Assembly (NCBI RefSeq): GCF_021028975.2
Contig: NC_059430.1
Span: 31,062,001-31,126,000, forward strand
Direction of reading: 5' to 3'
DNA: 64,000 nt
DNA from: Sphaerodactylus townsendi
Lineage: Eukaryota
Both the position numbers and the translations under genes were made by a program. How positions within the stretch are numbered: position 1 is the stretch's first letter; each line of letters begins with the position of its first letter. The notes under the pieces are model-generated. The model searched no databases. It was not told the DNA's origin and was given only the letters and a program-made list of their open reading frames with translations. Positions 52,781 to 64,000 of the stretch are shown one piece after another.

Positions 52781-53088
52781 AGCAGTGGCGTAGGAGGTTA
52801 AGAGCTCGTGTATCTAATCTGGAGGAACCGGGTTTGATTCCCAGCTCTGCCGCCTGAGCTGTGGAGGCTTATCTGGGGAATTCAGATTAGCCTGTACACT
52901 CCCACACACGCCAGCTGGGTGACCTTGGGCTAGTCACAGCTTCTCAGAGCTCTCTCAGCCCCACCTACCTCACAGGGTGTTTGTTGTGAGGGGGGAAGGG
53001 AAAGGAGATTGTCAGCCCCTTTGAGTCTCCTGCAGGAGAGAAAGGGGGGATATAAATCCAAACTCTTCTTCTTCTTCTTCTTCTTCTT
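52781..53088 (+). mobile_element. Full-length young tRNA-derived SINE (Squam3-like)
   Basis: A box TGGCGTAGGAGG, B-box-like GTTTGATTCC, (CTT)n tail, TSD TTTGAGC. Confidence 0.93.
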
Positions 53089-55483
53089 TTTGAGCCTGCA
53101 GGCAGATTTGGAATTCTGACATAGCACGGTGGGCATGGCAACAAAATGGCGGCCACAGGAGGCAGAACAAGTCACGACATGTTCGCTACATCTTAACTTC
53201 TGTAACCCAGTGTAGATTTTTGTACTGTGGTGGCAGTTGCTGCCAAAGCAACATTTTTTTTAAAAAAAATCTGCACAGCCAATAAAATCTCTAGTCATCC
53301 ACCATCAACCAAGAAGCCCTTCCTGACTCCACCCAGTTGGTGGGTCTCAGAAATGGTATTGGCAGATACCATGGCCCCCAAGGGACCTCTGGTTGGAGTG
53401 AGTCACACTATTGGTCTATCCGGGTAACTTCTGTCTTCTCTGACTGGCAGTGGCTCTTCCGGGTCTCAAGCAGAAGTCTTTCTCATTAACTGTTTCTTGA
53501 TCCTTTCAAGAGCTCAGGGTAGTGCACATAGTTATCCCTGACTCCATTTTATCTTTACAGAAACCCTGTAAAGTAGGTTGGATTGAGAGAGTGTCTGGGC
53601 CCAGGTCACTCAGCAAGCTTCATGGCTGAGTAGAGGTTTGAGCCTTGGTCTACCTAGTTCTCGAGTTGGTCTGGACACCCAATCCTGGCCCAGTACATTA
53701 ACTTCTACACTCACATTAAATCTGATAATGTTTGGTTCTTTAAAATGGCAGTAGATAAAACTGGGGGAAAGTATGGCCAATGCATCAATGCTGGCCTGAG
53801 GCATTTTACCATATGTGACAATGCTACAGGAGCATTTCCAGATTCTTTGCAATTTTCTCACAAGAAACATACCTTTCAGCTAATGTTCAGCAGCTGCAAA
53901 TGAATTAGCACCCAAAATGAAAATGGTTTTATCCAGCATCCTCTCTGCTGGGATACAGCTCCAGATGTGCAACCTTTCATGAGCATCTGTACACATCTTT
54001 GTGGGCTACCACAGAAATATGATACCACACAAACAAGGATAACATGTCAATTTGGAGAGGAAGAGGCATTCAGCAAGATTAAAAAGTCTGCCTTTAAAAA
54101 TATTAAAGATTAAATGTAAAAGGCAACGTATTTTAAAAAAACAGCTATGGGAGTTACTTATAACCACTATATAATATAACTTCAGTCCTTATAAGGACTT
54201 TAACCATGTTAATCAATCCAGGTTAACAGTATCCTCCTTTGTCCCTTCGGTTTTCATATCTAATCAATAAGCTCATTTAATGGTTTCTAAACATCTCTTG
54301 TAGAATCAGCAACTTGCCTGAAATGTAGAGATCCATGAGACAGATTCCCATGTGGTCTGAAACTTGCTCTGGGTTACTGCCTTAAATGGCAATCCCAAAT
54401 GGCATCTCTACCCAAGCAACACCTTGAGATGCTGGCATGATTCAGCCAACCCTGCTGCACCTTTTGTATGATTCTTTCAGGCCAGAGGTGACCAGGTGAA
54501 AGGGTATCTCTGGTCCACAAGGCTGACCTATGCAATGTGTCACTGTGTTGGTGCCCAGGACCTGCATCCCTTCATACAGTCTACTTAGGATAGATGCTAT
54601 TTATGGCTGGTACTTCAGCTAGCTACATCGTTGCTAAATTCAGATCCTGGAGCTATTTTCAGGACACCTGAAAAACATTGCCTCTGTAATAATTACAGAG
54701 TAGGATAACTTGAATGACCCTGAGTAATTCTTTTTTTTTTTGGCGGTGGGGGCTGGGGAGGGAACGCAGGGCAGCCAAACAGCAAGCCTTCGCTTATCAA
54801 GGACTGAATGTTTTTGTTTTCATGGATTTGGTCCAGAGCTGTATTTACCAAAAGAAGTAGCTTAATGAGATCTGATTTGGTGACCTGCCTTCAACTAGAA
54901 ACCAGGAATGATTGTTGCATCCAAAGAAGCTTTAATGAGGCTTTAATAAGAAAGTGTAATGTTTGCAAAAACTTTAGTATCTTTGGGTGGCAGATGCTGT
55001 GGTTCATCATGCAAGTATTATTAGTATAAATAATAATTTTTATCTTTCACTGCATATTGAGCTGAGTCTGCCATGCCTGGTTGTGGGAGTGTGCATTCCT
55101 TTTGTGGCTTTCCTCTTGCTGGCTGTGAACATGTTGATAAAATAAATGCAGGAACTTAACATCCTTTTAAAGTTTAATGTACCAGAAGCTTGGCATTATG
55201 AAGAAGCTGTCACAGCTTCCAGACATCTTTGTTCAAAGTAGATCTTCAGTGACTTGTCTAAACAAACCTGAGTGAGAAATGTGGAAATAGAGGGGTTGAT
55301 GTCTGTCTGTCTGTGCCTTGTGAGTGCATCTGGGACATGTTTCAAGCGGAACTGTTTTGCGATTCTTCAGTGGGCATTTAGAATGCTTGGCTGGATTTGT
55401 TATCTCACTGAGCAGCTGTGGCACTAGAGAAGTTCTGTCAAGACCATCTACACATTCACCTGAGGCAGCCACATACTCTGGAA

Positions 55484-56035
55484 GGCCGTTTCCGCATGGC
55501 CTTTTTATGGCGCCCTGGGGACGGGATAAACACCGTCCCCAGGGAGCCATTCGCACAGGCGGTGCTGCTGCAACACAGCAGTGCCGACCTGACTGCGCTC
55601 CCCCTCCCCCAGGGCGGCGTCAGGCCGCCCTAAACAACAACCCTTTAAAGGGTTGTTTTTGCCGCAACAGCGTGTTCCTGGCGGCGCGGTGCGAACAGCA
55701 CCACCGGGAACACGTTGTTTCCCTTCCCCGTCCCACTCACCTTGTCCCCGTCGTCGGGCTGCTGGCCTCTGCAGCCCCTCCCTCACTGTCCTCCGACCCC
55801 TGGAGGTCGAAGGGCAGCGTGGGTGAACTTCAGAAGACCAACAGCCCGGCGGCCGGGGACAAACAATGGAGCGAAGAACGGGGCAAAGGCGGCTCCATGT
55901 GGAGCGCGCCTGTCCTCCGCCGACCTCCCCTGAACACTTGCGCGCACGCTTCGCGTCGCGGACAACCATCATGCCCCCACGCCGGCAGAATTCTTGCCGG
56001 TGTGGGGGCGCCTCGGGGGCCGTGCGGAAACGGCC
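55484..56035. mobile_element. GC/CpG-rich Harbinger-type MITE, inverted relative to 5628-6130
   Basis: TIRs GGCCGTTTCCGCATGGCC / GGCCGTGCGGAAACGGCC; exact TSD GAA; same internal palindrome AAACAACAACCCTTTAAAGGGTTGTT. Confidence 0.92.
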
Positions 56036-56295
56036 GAACACTCTCCAGAAGATGCCTAGAGTAGTGTGGAGTGGGCGTGTCTGGGTGAGGACCTGAATCC
56101 AGAACAGTATTGCGAGGAAACAATATAATGACAGTCTGATGGTGAATAAATTCAGCTTAATTGAGACCAAAGAGAAGTAAATATCATGGAGATTTGTGGG
56201 CTGGTGAGAGCGGATTGGATGGGGTTATCACTATCCTTGAAAGATGAGGTTTACAGCCTTGGTGTGCTTTTGAATCTAACTTTACCTCAGAATTC

Positions 56296-56530
56296 TAGGG
56301 TTGCCTACCCCAGGTTCAGAAATATCTGAAAATTTGAGGGTGGATCCTGGAAGGATGGGGTTTAGCGGGCAGATCTTGGTTGGGTTGCCATGCAGTCCAC
56401 CTTCCAAAGCAGCCATTTTCTCCAGGAGCAGTGGAATAAATGTTAAAATAAATAAGTGATGTATATAGTTTGGAGATCAGATGTAATTCCTGGGAAATCT
56501 CCACCCCTCACTTAGAGATTGGCAACCCTA
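56296..56530. mobile_element. TAGGGTTGCC-TIR MITE inside an L2 fragment
   Basis: TAGGGTTGCC ... GGCAACCCTA. Confidence 0.85.
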
Positions 56531-57359
56531 AGGTGCTGTCTATGACTTGCAGTAATTTCTTTGTATCAGCTTTGGTTGATGTGTTTGCTGTAAGGCAGAC
56601 CTGGCTACAGTCACTGATGCCCTAGTGACTTCGACATTTTTTGCTCTCAATTTACATCTGATTTATGGCAACCCATGCTGGGGTTTCCAAGGCAAGAGAC
56701 ATTCAGAGTGGTTTGCACTTGCCTGCCTCCATATTGTGTTCCTGGAATTCATTGGAGGTTTCCCGTCCAAATCCTTGGCAAGGTTAGTTTATGAGATCTG
56801 ACCGCATCAGGCTTCTGCATTAGACTATTATAATACACCCTGTATAGTGTTTCTTTTTATGCAGTTTCCATATATTTATATCATGTTTTTATCCGCAGTT
56901 GGGACTCTCCATACACACACACACACATATTTGTGCATCTATATATATATACTAGTGGGGCCTGGCCACACGTTGCTGTAGCTTATTGTGGTGAAATGGA
57001 AAAGGAACAGTAGCAGCAAATCAATTGCAGAGGCCAGCAGTACGTGCTCATGCAAACACGCAGCCTGATACTGTGCGATGTCATTGATGTATGTGCCCAA
57101 GCCATTCGGCTTTGGGGTGGGGGAATGGAAGAGTCACCCTCCCACTCATCTAGGCTGGTGGGTCATGATCCTTTACCTGGGCGTAAGTTTGGTGGGTGGC
57201 ACTTGGTGTCGCTTCTGAGGAAACCCTCTGAGGGAAGCATGACATGAAACATTCAAAGAATATGTGTCACTGTTGCTGTACCGAGCTTACTCCTGAGTAA
57301 TGCATGCCTGGTTTTCTTAACTGTAACCACAGTATTCAGGGAATCTAGGGTGCTTGGCC

Positions 57360-57612
57360 CCTCCCTCCCATCCCTTGCATGTCGCCCTTCACTCTCTTCC
57401 CTCCCTCACTTCTCTTCCCTTGCATGCCACCCCTCCCCCTCCCTTCTCTTTCCCTCCCCTAAAGTGGGTGGGTCATATCAAGATGCTGGGCCCCCTGCTT
57501 CCCCTCCCTTGCATGCCACCCCTCACTCTCTCCCCTCTCTCACTTCTCTTCCCTTGCATGCCTCCCCCTCCGTCCCTTTCCTCTCCCTCCCTCCCTCTCT
57601 TCCCTTGCATGC
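57360..57612. repeat. Pyrimidine-rich minisatellite (CCCTTGCATG anchor)
   Basis: CCCTTGCATG recurs five times among C/T tracts. Confidence 0.8.
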
Positions 57613-58506
57613 TATAACAGAAGGCGCTTATATATTCTCTTCTGCGCTGCCACCAAAAATAAATTAAAGCCCACAAAAAACTGATTTTAAACGGACACCA
57701 CCTTTTTGTTTGGGGAACACACAGACACAGACAGAAAAATAAATGATGACTGGAACAGTTTAAAGTTGAACAAAACTCAAAACTTTTATTGCTGGCTCAA
57801 CAAAGGCTTCTCAGGTAAACTGGAGAGGAAATAAGCGTATTGGTTGCAGAGAAAAGTTGTCTACGAGCTTAACAGTTACTGGCACTTCACTTTGGGTTTT
57901 AAAATGGACACTCGCAGGTGTTGCTTTACTTAAGGTTTTGTTTCAGAAAAAGGATGTTTCAACAAAGATATTACTTTGGAGATTTCACACTCCTTCAGTC
58001 CGCTGTACCTCACCACAAAATAAAACACCCAGTCTACGCCCAGTGGGATTCAGGCATACAGCCTCCCTCTCCCACACTCCCACAATCTGGCTTCTCTGCC
58101 ACAGGAACTGGGCCTCCCAAGACTGGTGTTCACTGTATTGGAGGACAGACCTATAGACTTTTAAAGAGGTTTCCCTCAAAACAAAACACCTGAGGGCGGA
58201 CACTCTCCTCCAAATCTCAGGGTTTTAGGTGACTGAATAGCTTCCTCAGCTATTCTTAAACAACAGCAGTGAGAGATCTAGCGGATTCTCCTCACGCTGC
58301 TACAAAAAGTACCCGAGGGCACACAAGCTCACACAGAGCCACAAAGTCCAAAGAGTCAAAAAAAGAAGAACACTTCAGCACCCTCGCTGACAGTATTTAT
58401 AGTATCTGCCTATTTTTCTCTGGCCAATCAGGGCTGGCCAGGGCTTAACTCTTTCAGGGGCGGTTCCACCCTGTAACCTGAATGCAGGATAAATGCATTC
58501 GTCACA
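57613..58506 (-). mobile_element. Solo LTR nested in the Helitron
   Basis: Exact 5-bp TSD CATGC; minus strand starts TGTGACGAATG and carries a CCAAT box, TATAAATA and AATAAA in order; 3' end reads TA instead of CA. Confidence 0.8.
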
Positions 58507-59859
58507 CATGCCACTCCTCCCTCCCTCCCTCCCTCCCTCTCCCTCTTGTGTATGTGTGTGTATGTGTTTCACTTCCACTCGAGTTATTGCCTATGTACTG
58601 TTTTCACTGCACATATCTGGCCATCTGAGTGAACATTCTAAGGGCACGAACATTCTAAGGGTGACAGTTACACACAGGCAGCTGCATGTCCTTCACCATG
58701 GAGCGCCAGGAAAAAGGTGTTTTACCTGGGCCAGGTGTGAAACTTCAGGTATATGAACATCTAAAAACACTCTCACCTGCCTGACTATAGTGGCTGGGAA
58801 TTTTCAGAGGAATTGGCCCAGCAGTTACTGAGGTATACTATCATCAACAAATACACTGTTAGCTTTTTATATATATATAGATTGTGCATTATCTCCGTTT
58901 ATAGCCTGCCTTTGTCACTGAGCTCCAAGGGGGATTACAAAATATGACAAACAATTTAACCACACAGCAAAGATATTTATAGTAATATATCAATTCAGTG
59001 GGGCTAGGATTCCAGAATTTAACACCATTCAAGGCAGCAAAACTATCAATGCAGGCAAAAAACTGTCTAGGGTAAAATGTCTAAGGCTTGACATACCACA
59101 ATACAAGAAGGGTTACAAAAAGTCATTTGGATGCAACAAGAATGGGTGATACATCCAATAAACATTGCAATAGACTACAACACTGTCTTGTTCTAATCTA
59201 TTTGGAAGATTGTCCTCCTAAATATTTATTTTTTTGCACCGTCTGCTAAACTATGAACGCTTGGGAGCCTTCCTGATAAGTTTTTCATAACATTATTATT
59301 TGTATGCGGGTTTGAAATGTGTGGCTGACAAGTGAAATAAATACTATGAAAATACATGAAATTGTTTGTGGGTGAGGCACTCCTTATAATTTCTTGTCTG
59401 TCATCAAATCCAGGCACTGATTTTCTCTTCTTAATTAATTTACGGCAACAGCAGGGTTGCTCCCCATTCTGTTATCTAATCCTATTAAAAAGGCTATGGA
59501 AAACTCTTATTTGATGGTAATGACAAGCTTAGACCTTGTAGTTTATGCTGCAGGCTGCCTGACCCAGACTACCTGCTTCATCCCAATATTAAAATAACAT
59601 GGAGCACTGTAAAATATGTCTTCGTACCTATCTGCAGGGATTAGCACAAATGGAGCTGGGCCTTAAATGCTTCCTTTGTTAGGCACATATTATGAAATGA
59701 TGCACTCTCTTCAGCATGCTAGCTGATGGAGGGATTTGCAAAAAAGCAAAGATTACGTGCTCCAGCTAACGCTGGCTGCACAACATTTGTGTCACTTGGG
59801 CACATAGATAAAAGTCATTAGCCTAGAGTAGATTCCTGTGCTCAGATACCAGAATCATT

Positions 59860-59960
59860 CTATCAGCCTCACCCCAGCATGGCCAATTGGCCATGCTGAC
59901 AGAGGCTGATGGGAATTGTAGTTCCTGAACATCTGGAGAGCCGCAGGTTCCCTACCCCTG
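59860..59960. mobile_element. Half copy of the palindromic hAT MITE, near-identical to about 61872-61953
   Basis: CAATTGGCCATGCTGACAGAGGCTGATGGGAATTG..GGTTCCCTACCCCTG occurs at both sites. Confidence 0.8.
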
Positions 59961-60982
59961 GTCTAGAGTGTGAGCAACGCACTGTGGCTGTTTGTGTTAT
60001 GATAATGGGTGGATTTGTGAGCAGTTTCAGCAGAGAATTGAATCTCCTTCTCTGCCCCTCCTTTCAAAAAACAGGTTTCTGATCCTCCTCGTTCTTCTGC
60101 ACAGAAGTCTAAAAAATGGGCTGTTTGTGGCTGCATTCTTTCATAAGACACATGACTCTGTTTTTCCCCAAAACCAATGAACACACAGAGATCTTATGTC
60201 ACGTTGTGAATGGCTGTTTTTAACTTTGGGGAGCCGTTTCAAATACAGTTTTCACTTTAGTACTGGATGTGGTGCTGTTTGGGAAAACTAAGGTATTTTC
60301 CCCATGGCCCATATATCCTGGGATAAGAAGGTGAAACATCCCAGTTCGGCCATGACTTCCGCATGGCTTCCGGGTCTAACTTGGGCCAGCCCCGCAAGAT
60401 TTCTCTTATCCCCCGCCTTTCAAAAAACGATAAAATTGGTGATTTTTTTAAAAAAAACCGTGTCAATCCCACTCCTATGCAAACACTGCAGGAGACGGAC
60501 CAGTTTATTTTCCCCACCTCACTGCCTGCAGCCAATCAGAACGTTGGGAAAATGAGACATTTTGCGCATGTGCAGCAACGTCGACAAGGAAAATGAAACA
60601 AAACTGGGGGCTATGCAAGTTCTTCCTCCCCGCCTGAATGTGCTGAACGTGGAGGGAGAAACCAAGATAGAGACATCCGGTTTTTCCCTGGGATATTTTG
60701 TCCGTTTGGAAAACGCCAAAGTCACTTTCACCACTTGGCGTGCAAAGTCTGTATATGTGCAGAGGTTGGGGGGGGGGGGGAGAACTGCTGTACCACAGTT
60801 GGTATCTACTGAAGGTGCAAAAACTGACAAGATCTATAGGCAGGGTATCTAGGGTGAAAGCATGCAGCATTCCTGTCCCCTATGTATCTCCCGCTGCCTC
60901 TTTTGGGGTCATATTATTCTGCCATGCAAAATGCGGTGTCTGTATCACTTGAAAGCAGAAGGTTCTTAATGAATGTCCTTAA

Positions 60983-61176
60983 ATAGGGTTGCACGCAGAA
61001 TTGCAACTGATCTCCAAACTACAGAGATCAGTTCCCCTGGTGAAAACGGCAGCTTTGGAGAGTGGAGTGTATGGCATTATACCCTGTTGAGGTCACTCCC
61101 CTCCCCAAATCCTGCTTTCCCCAGGCTCCACCCACCAGGTTTTTAGGAAGTTTCCAAGCCAGAGCTGGCAACCTAG
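60983..61176. mobile_element. TAGGGTTGCC-TIR MITE family copy
   Basis: TAGGGTTGC ... TGGCAACCTA. Confidence 0.75.
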
Positions 61177-61282
61177 GGTGGCTTCTCCATGGCAGTTGGT
61201 ATTGCTTTGCTTTTCTTAGATGGGGAATGAAGAAAACAGTTTTGCATTTGGCCACCGGAGAAGGATTGTACATGTATATTTA

Positions 61283-61402
61283 CCATTGCTTTCACATCCT
61301 GCATGTGAGCTCCCAAAGGCACCTGGTGGGCCACTGCGAGTAGCAGAGTGCTGGACTAAATGGACTCTGGTCTGATCCAGCAGGCTAGTTCTTATGTTCT
61401 TA
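61283..61402 (+). mobile_element. CR1 LINE 3' end
   Basis: GCTGGACTAAATGGAC..GGTCTGATCCAGCAGG and TTCTTATG tail. Confidence 0.85.
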
Positions 61403-62245
61403 CTGCTTAACTGCTGAAAGACAGGGCACTACTCTCCATATGCTCAGAAAATGCTCTGTTGTTCAACAACTGAGCGATGGCTCTTTAATATGCTCCAAGG
61501 CACACCTGGTTTTGCTTTTAGTTGGTTGGCTTGCCTTTAACTCAAAGGCAGAACCAATTAAAAAAAACCCTCACCTTCTAGACATTTGAGGGTTATGTCC
61601 TGATGGTTTCTGCTTTCTTTCAGTAACACACACTGCTTTTGTTTAAATACAATGAATATTGAATCTCCCCCTTTTTTGTTTGTTTGTTTATTTCCCGCTC
61701 TCTATGCCAAAGCAGGCTCAGAGCAGCTTCCAACTGTTGGGCAAGTTACAGTCATCCAACCTGGAGGTGACCATTGCATGACCATTGTGAAAATGTGGGC
61801 TGATTTCCTTCCCTCAGACTCAGGAATCAGCAGCTCAGATAAAAGCCCAGGACCCACCCCACTGCAGCCACCATGCCAATTGGCCATGCTGACAGAGGCT
61901 GATGGGAATTGCAGTTCCTGAACATCTGGAGAGCCGCAGGTTCCCTACCCCTGCCCTGCACAAAGTGTCAGGAGTGCGATTTCTTCTCCTGACACCCATT
62001 CATTGCCAGGCCTCCCTCCCTCCCTTCCCCTCTCTTTGTTTTATTGCAAAACTTCTCTGGAGAGGGGGGTGTTAACCATATGATAGCACTGGAGCCAGCC
62101 AGCCAGTGCTATGCGCTGCTGGCTAAGCGGCTAGCCAAGAAAGGTTTGTTTTCCAAGAATGGGACTGTAAAAAACAATCGTATATCTGAACAAAATGCAC
62201 TGAATGTGCTAAGAAGGTTCATTTCTCAAATTATGACCATCTAAT

Positions 62246-62361
62246 CAAGAGTGGCCAACCTATGGTGATCCAGATGTTCATGGACTACAATTCCCATCAG
62301 GCCCTGCCAGCATGGCCAATTGGCCATGAACATCTGGATCACCATAGGTTAGCCACCCCTG
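62246..62361. mobile_element. Palindromic hAT MITE, internally deleted
   Basis: GTGGCCAACCTATGGTGATCCAGATGTTCATGG and its reverse complement. Confidence 0.85.
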
Positions 62362-63207
62362 ATGGCCACCCCTTTCCCTGTACTGGATTGAGGGCCTTGG
62401 ATAAAACATTTGTAAAATCTTCTCAGCCCCAGTGGCTTTGGAGTCAAACTAGCAGCAGCAGCAGCAGTTGGGGAGCAGAAAGAAGAATATTTCAGACTAC
62501 CTGGTTCATTAAACTAATCTCATTAGCTAGACACCAAGACATAGATTTGAAGCCATTACAAAATGACTGCTATTTAAAGAAATTGAGTCTTCTTTCTTAA
62601 TGCTTGCTTATAAAGATCCCTCTTTTTTCTCTCTCAATTTCTTTTGCACCTCTTTGTAACATTCTTTGCAAAGCACCCTTCCATTCTCTCTTCCTCTTGG
62701 ACTTGCCGGCATTCCTCCGCTTCCACATCCCCAAGCAGACAGCCCTGTGCCATGGCAACGTTTTACATTTTGAGTGGAGACTTTTTTTTAAAAAAATGTA
62801 TTCCATCTATAAACAAAATAAATCAACAGATGAGGCCCCAGGGACCCATTTCTCTGTAGCCATTTTCCTCCAGCTGCTTTCTGCTCCGTGCCGCTCATAT
62901 TGCAAGCGCATAAAATAAGCCTGCCTACCTGTTTGGGTGTGCAGAGCATTGGTTTCCTCGAGACGGAGGTGGCACTGTCATAAACATTGTGGTTTTTACA
63001 ATGTGGGTAATAATAAGATTACTAATAGAGCTGAGATGTTTGCTTATTTAATAGCCTATCATTTAGCAGCAGAGAACGGCTTGCTGTCATATCTGCTGAC
63101 ACTTTGCGGAGAACAGCAGTGGTTATGATACATTTTGGAAAAGGGACAGTGGAAAGAATAGGAGGAGGCATTTAAGGAAGTTGTTTTTCTGCTGGAAAGG
63201 CAAGGAG

Positions 63208-63500
63208 GAGGAGAAGAAGAGTTTGGATTTATACCCCACCTTTCTTGCCTATAAGGAGACTCAAGGTGGCTTAGCTCCTTTCCCTTCCTCTCCCCACAAC
63301 AGACAACTTTTGAGGTAGGTGGGGCTGAGAATGCTCCAAAGAACCGTGACTAGCCCAAGATCACCCATTAGTAACTTGGGAGTGCAGAAACAGATCTGGT
63401 TTACCAGATAAGCCTCTGCCACTCAGGTGGAAGAGTGGGAAATCAAACCTGGTTCTCCAGGTTAGACTCCACCTGCTCTTAATCAGTACACCATGCTGGC
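63208..63500 (-). mobile_element. tRNA-derived SINE (Squam3-like)
   Basis: Reverse complement of the SINE head and ATAAATCCAAACTCTTCTTC tail. Confidence 0.88.
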
Positions 63501-64000
63501 TATCCCAAAGTTAACTGGTTATTGGGACTCCCCTTATTTACACAGATGCATATACCATTAGTTCATTCTTGCCATTTCTTACATTTTAAATTTGTTAGCT
63601 GTTTGGTTCTGTGTAGAAGGTACCAGTGCTCTTTTCTAAAAGAGTGTATTCAGGACTCTGAAAGGCTTTCAACTTAAGCAGTAGAAGGATTGTGAAGGAT
63701 ATAAAGGAAGATAACAAAAGAGAGATCAAACGTATCAGGATGGCCCGGAGGAACCACGAGCAAGATGAAAATAGCCACTATTGCTATTCTGGAAGCACTT
63801 ATTGTACCAGTTCACACACACCAGTTTCTCCAGCAGCTCTCATGCTTCTAGTCTAGTGCCATCTGCATGCCAAAGGGTAACTCTGGTCCAGCTGTTTGTC
63901 ATCCCACAATGAGAAGTTAGTTAGTTTTTAATTAAGGTGCAGAGAGAGCCCTGAGTGAAGGTTACAGTTATTGGGCTAGGGGCATTGGGGGTTGGGACAT

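Larger units (their letters stand above)
56952..58881 (-). mobile_element. Non-autonomous Helitron
   Basis: Minus strand begins TC(TATATATA..) after an A and ends CTAG before a T, with an imperfect subterminal hairpin GCTACAGCAACGTGTGGC. Confidence 0.8.

Overview
This is repeat-rich, apparently intergenic or intronic squamate DNA. The SINE and MITE repertoire points to a gecko. It has two assembly gaps and no intact host protein-coding gene that I can support. Most of the window is transposon debris: L2, CR1 and RTE-BovB LINE fragments, tRNA-derived SINEs, hAT, PIF/Harbinger and Tc1/mariner-type MITEs, Penelope-like elements carrying hammerhead ribozymes, a 3'-truncated Ty3/gypsy element, solo LTRs and a non-autonomous Helitron. 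The main finding is invisible in the ORF track. A degraded minus-strand reading frame at about 49.2-51.8 kb, broken by stops and several later insertions, translates collinearly from N- to C-terminus into an orthomyxovirus PB2-like polymerase subunit. Its motifs resemble both influenza PB2 and isavirus (ISAV) PB2. This would be a near full-length endogenous orthomyxovirus genome segment in a reptile germline. The homology was judged by eye against remembered reference sequences and needs a profile search to confirm.
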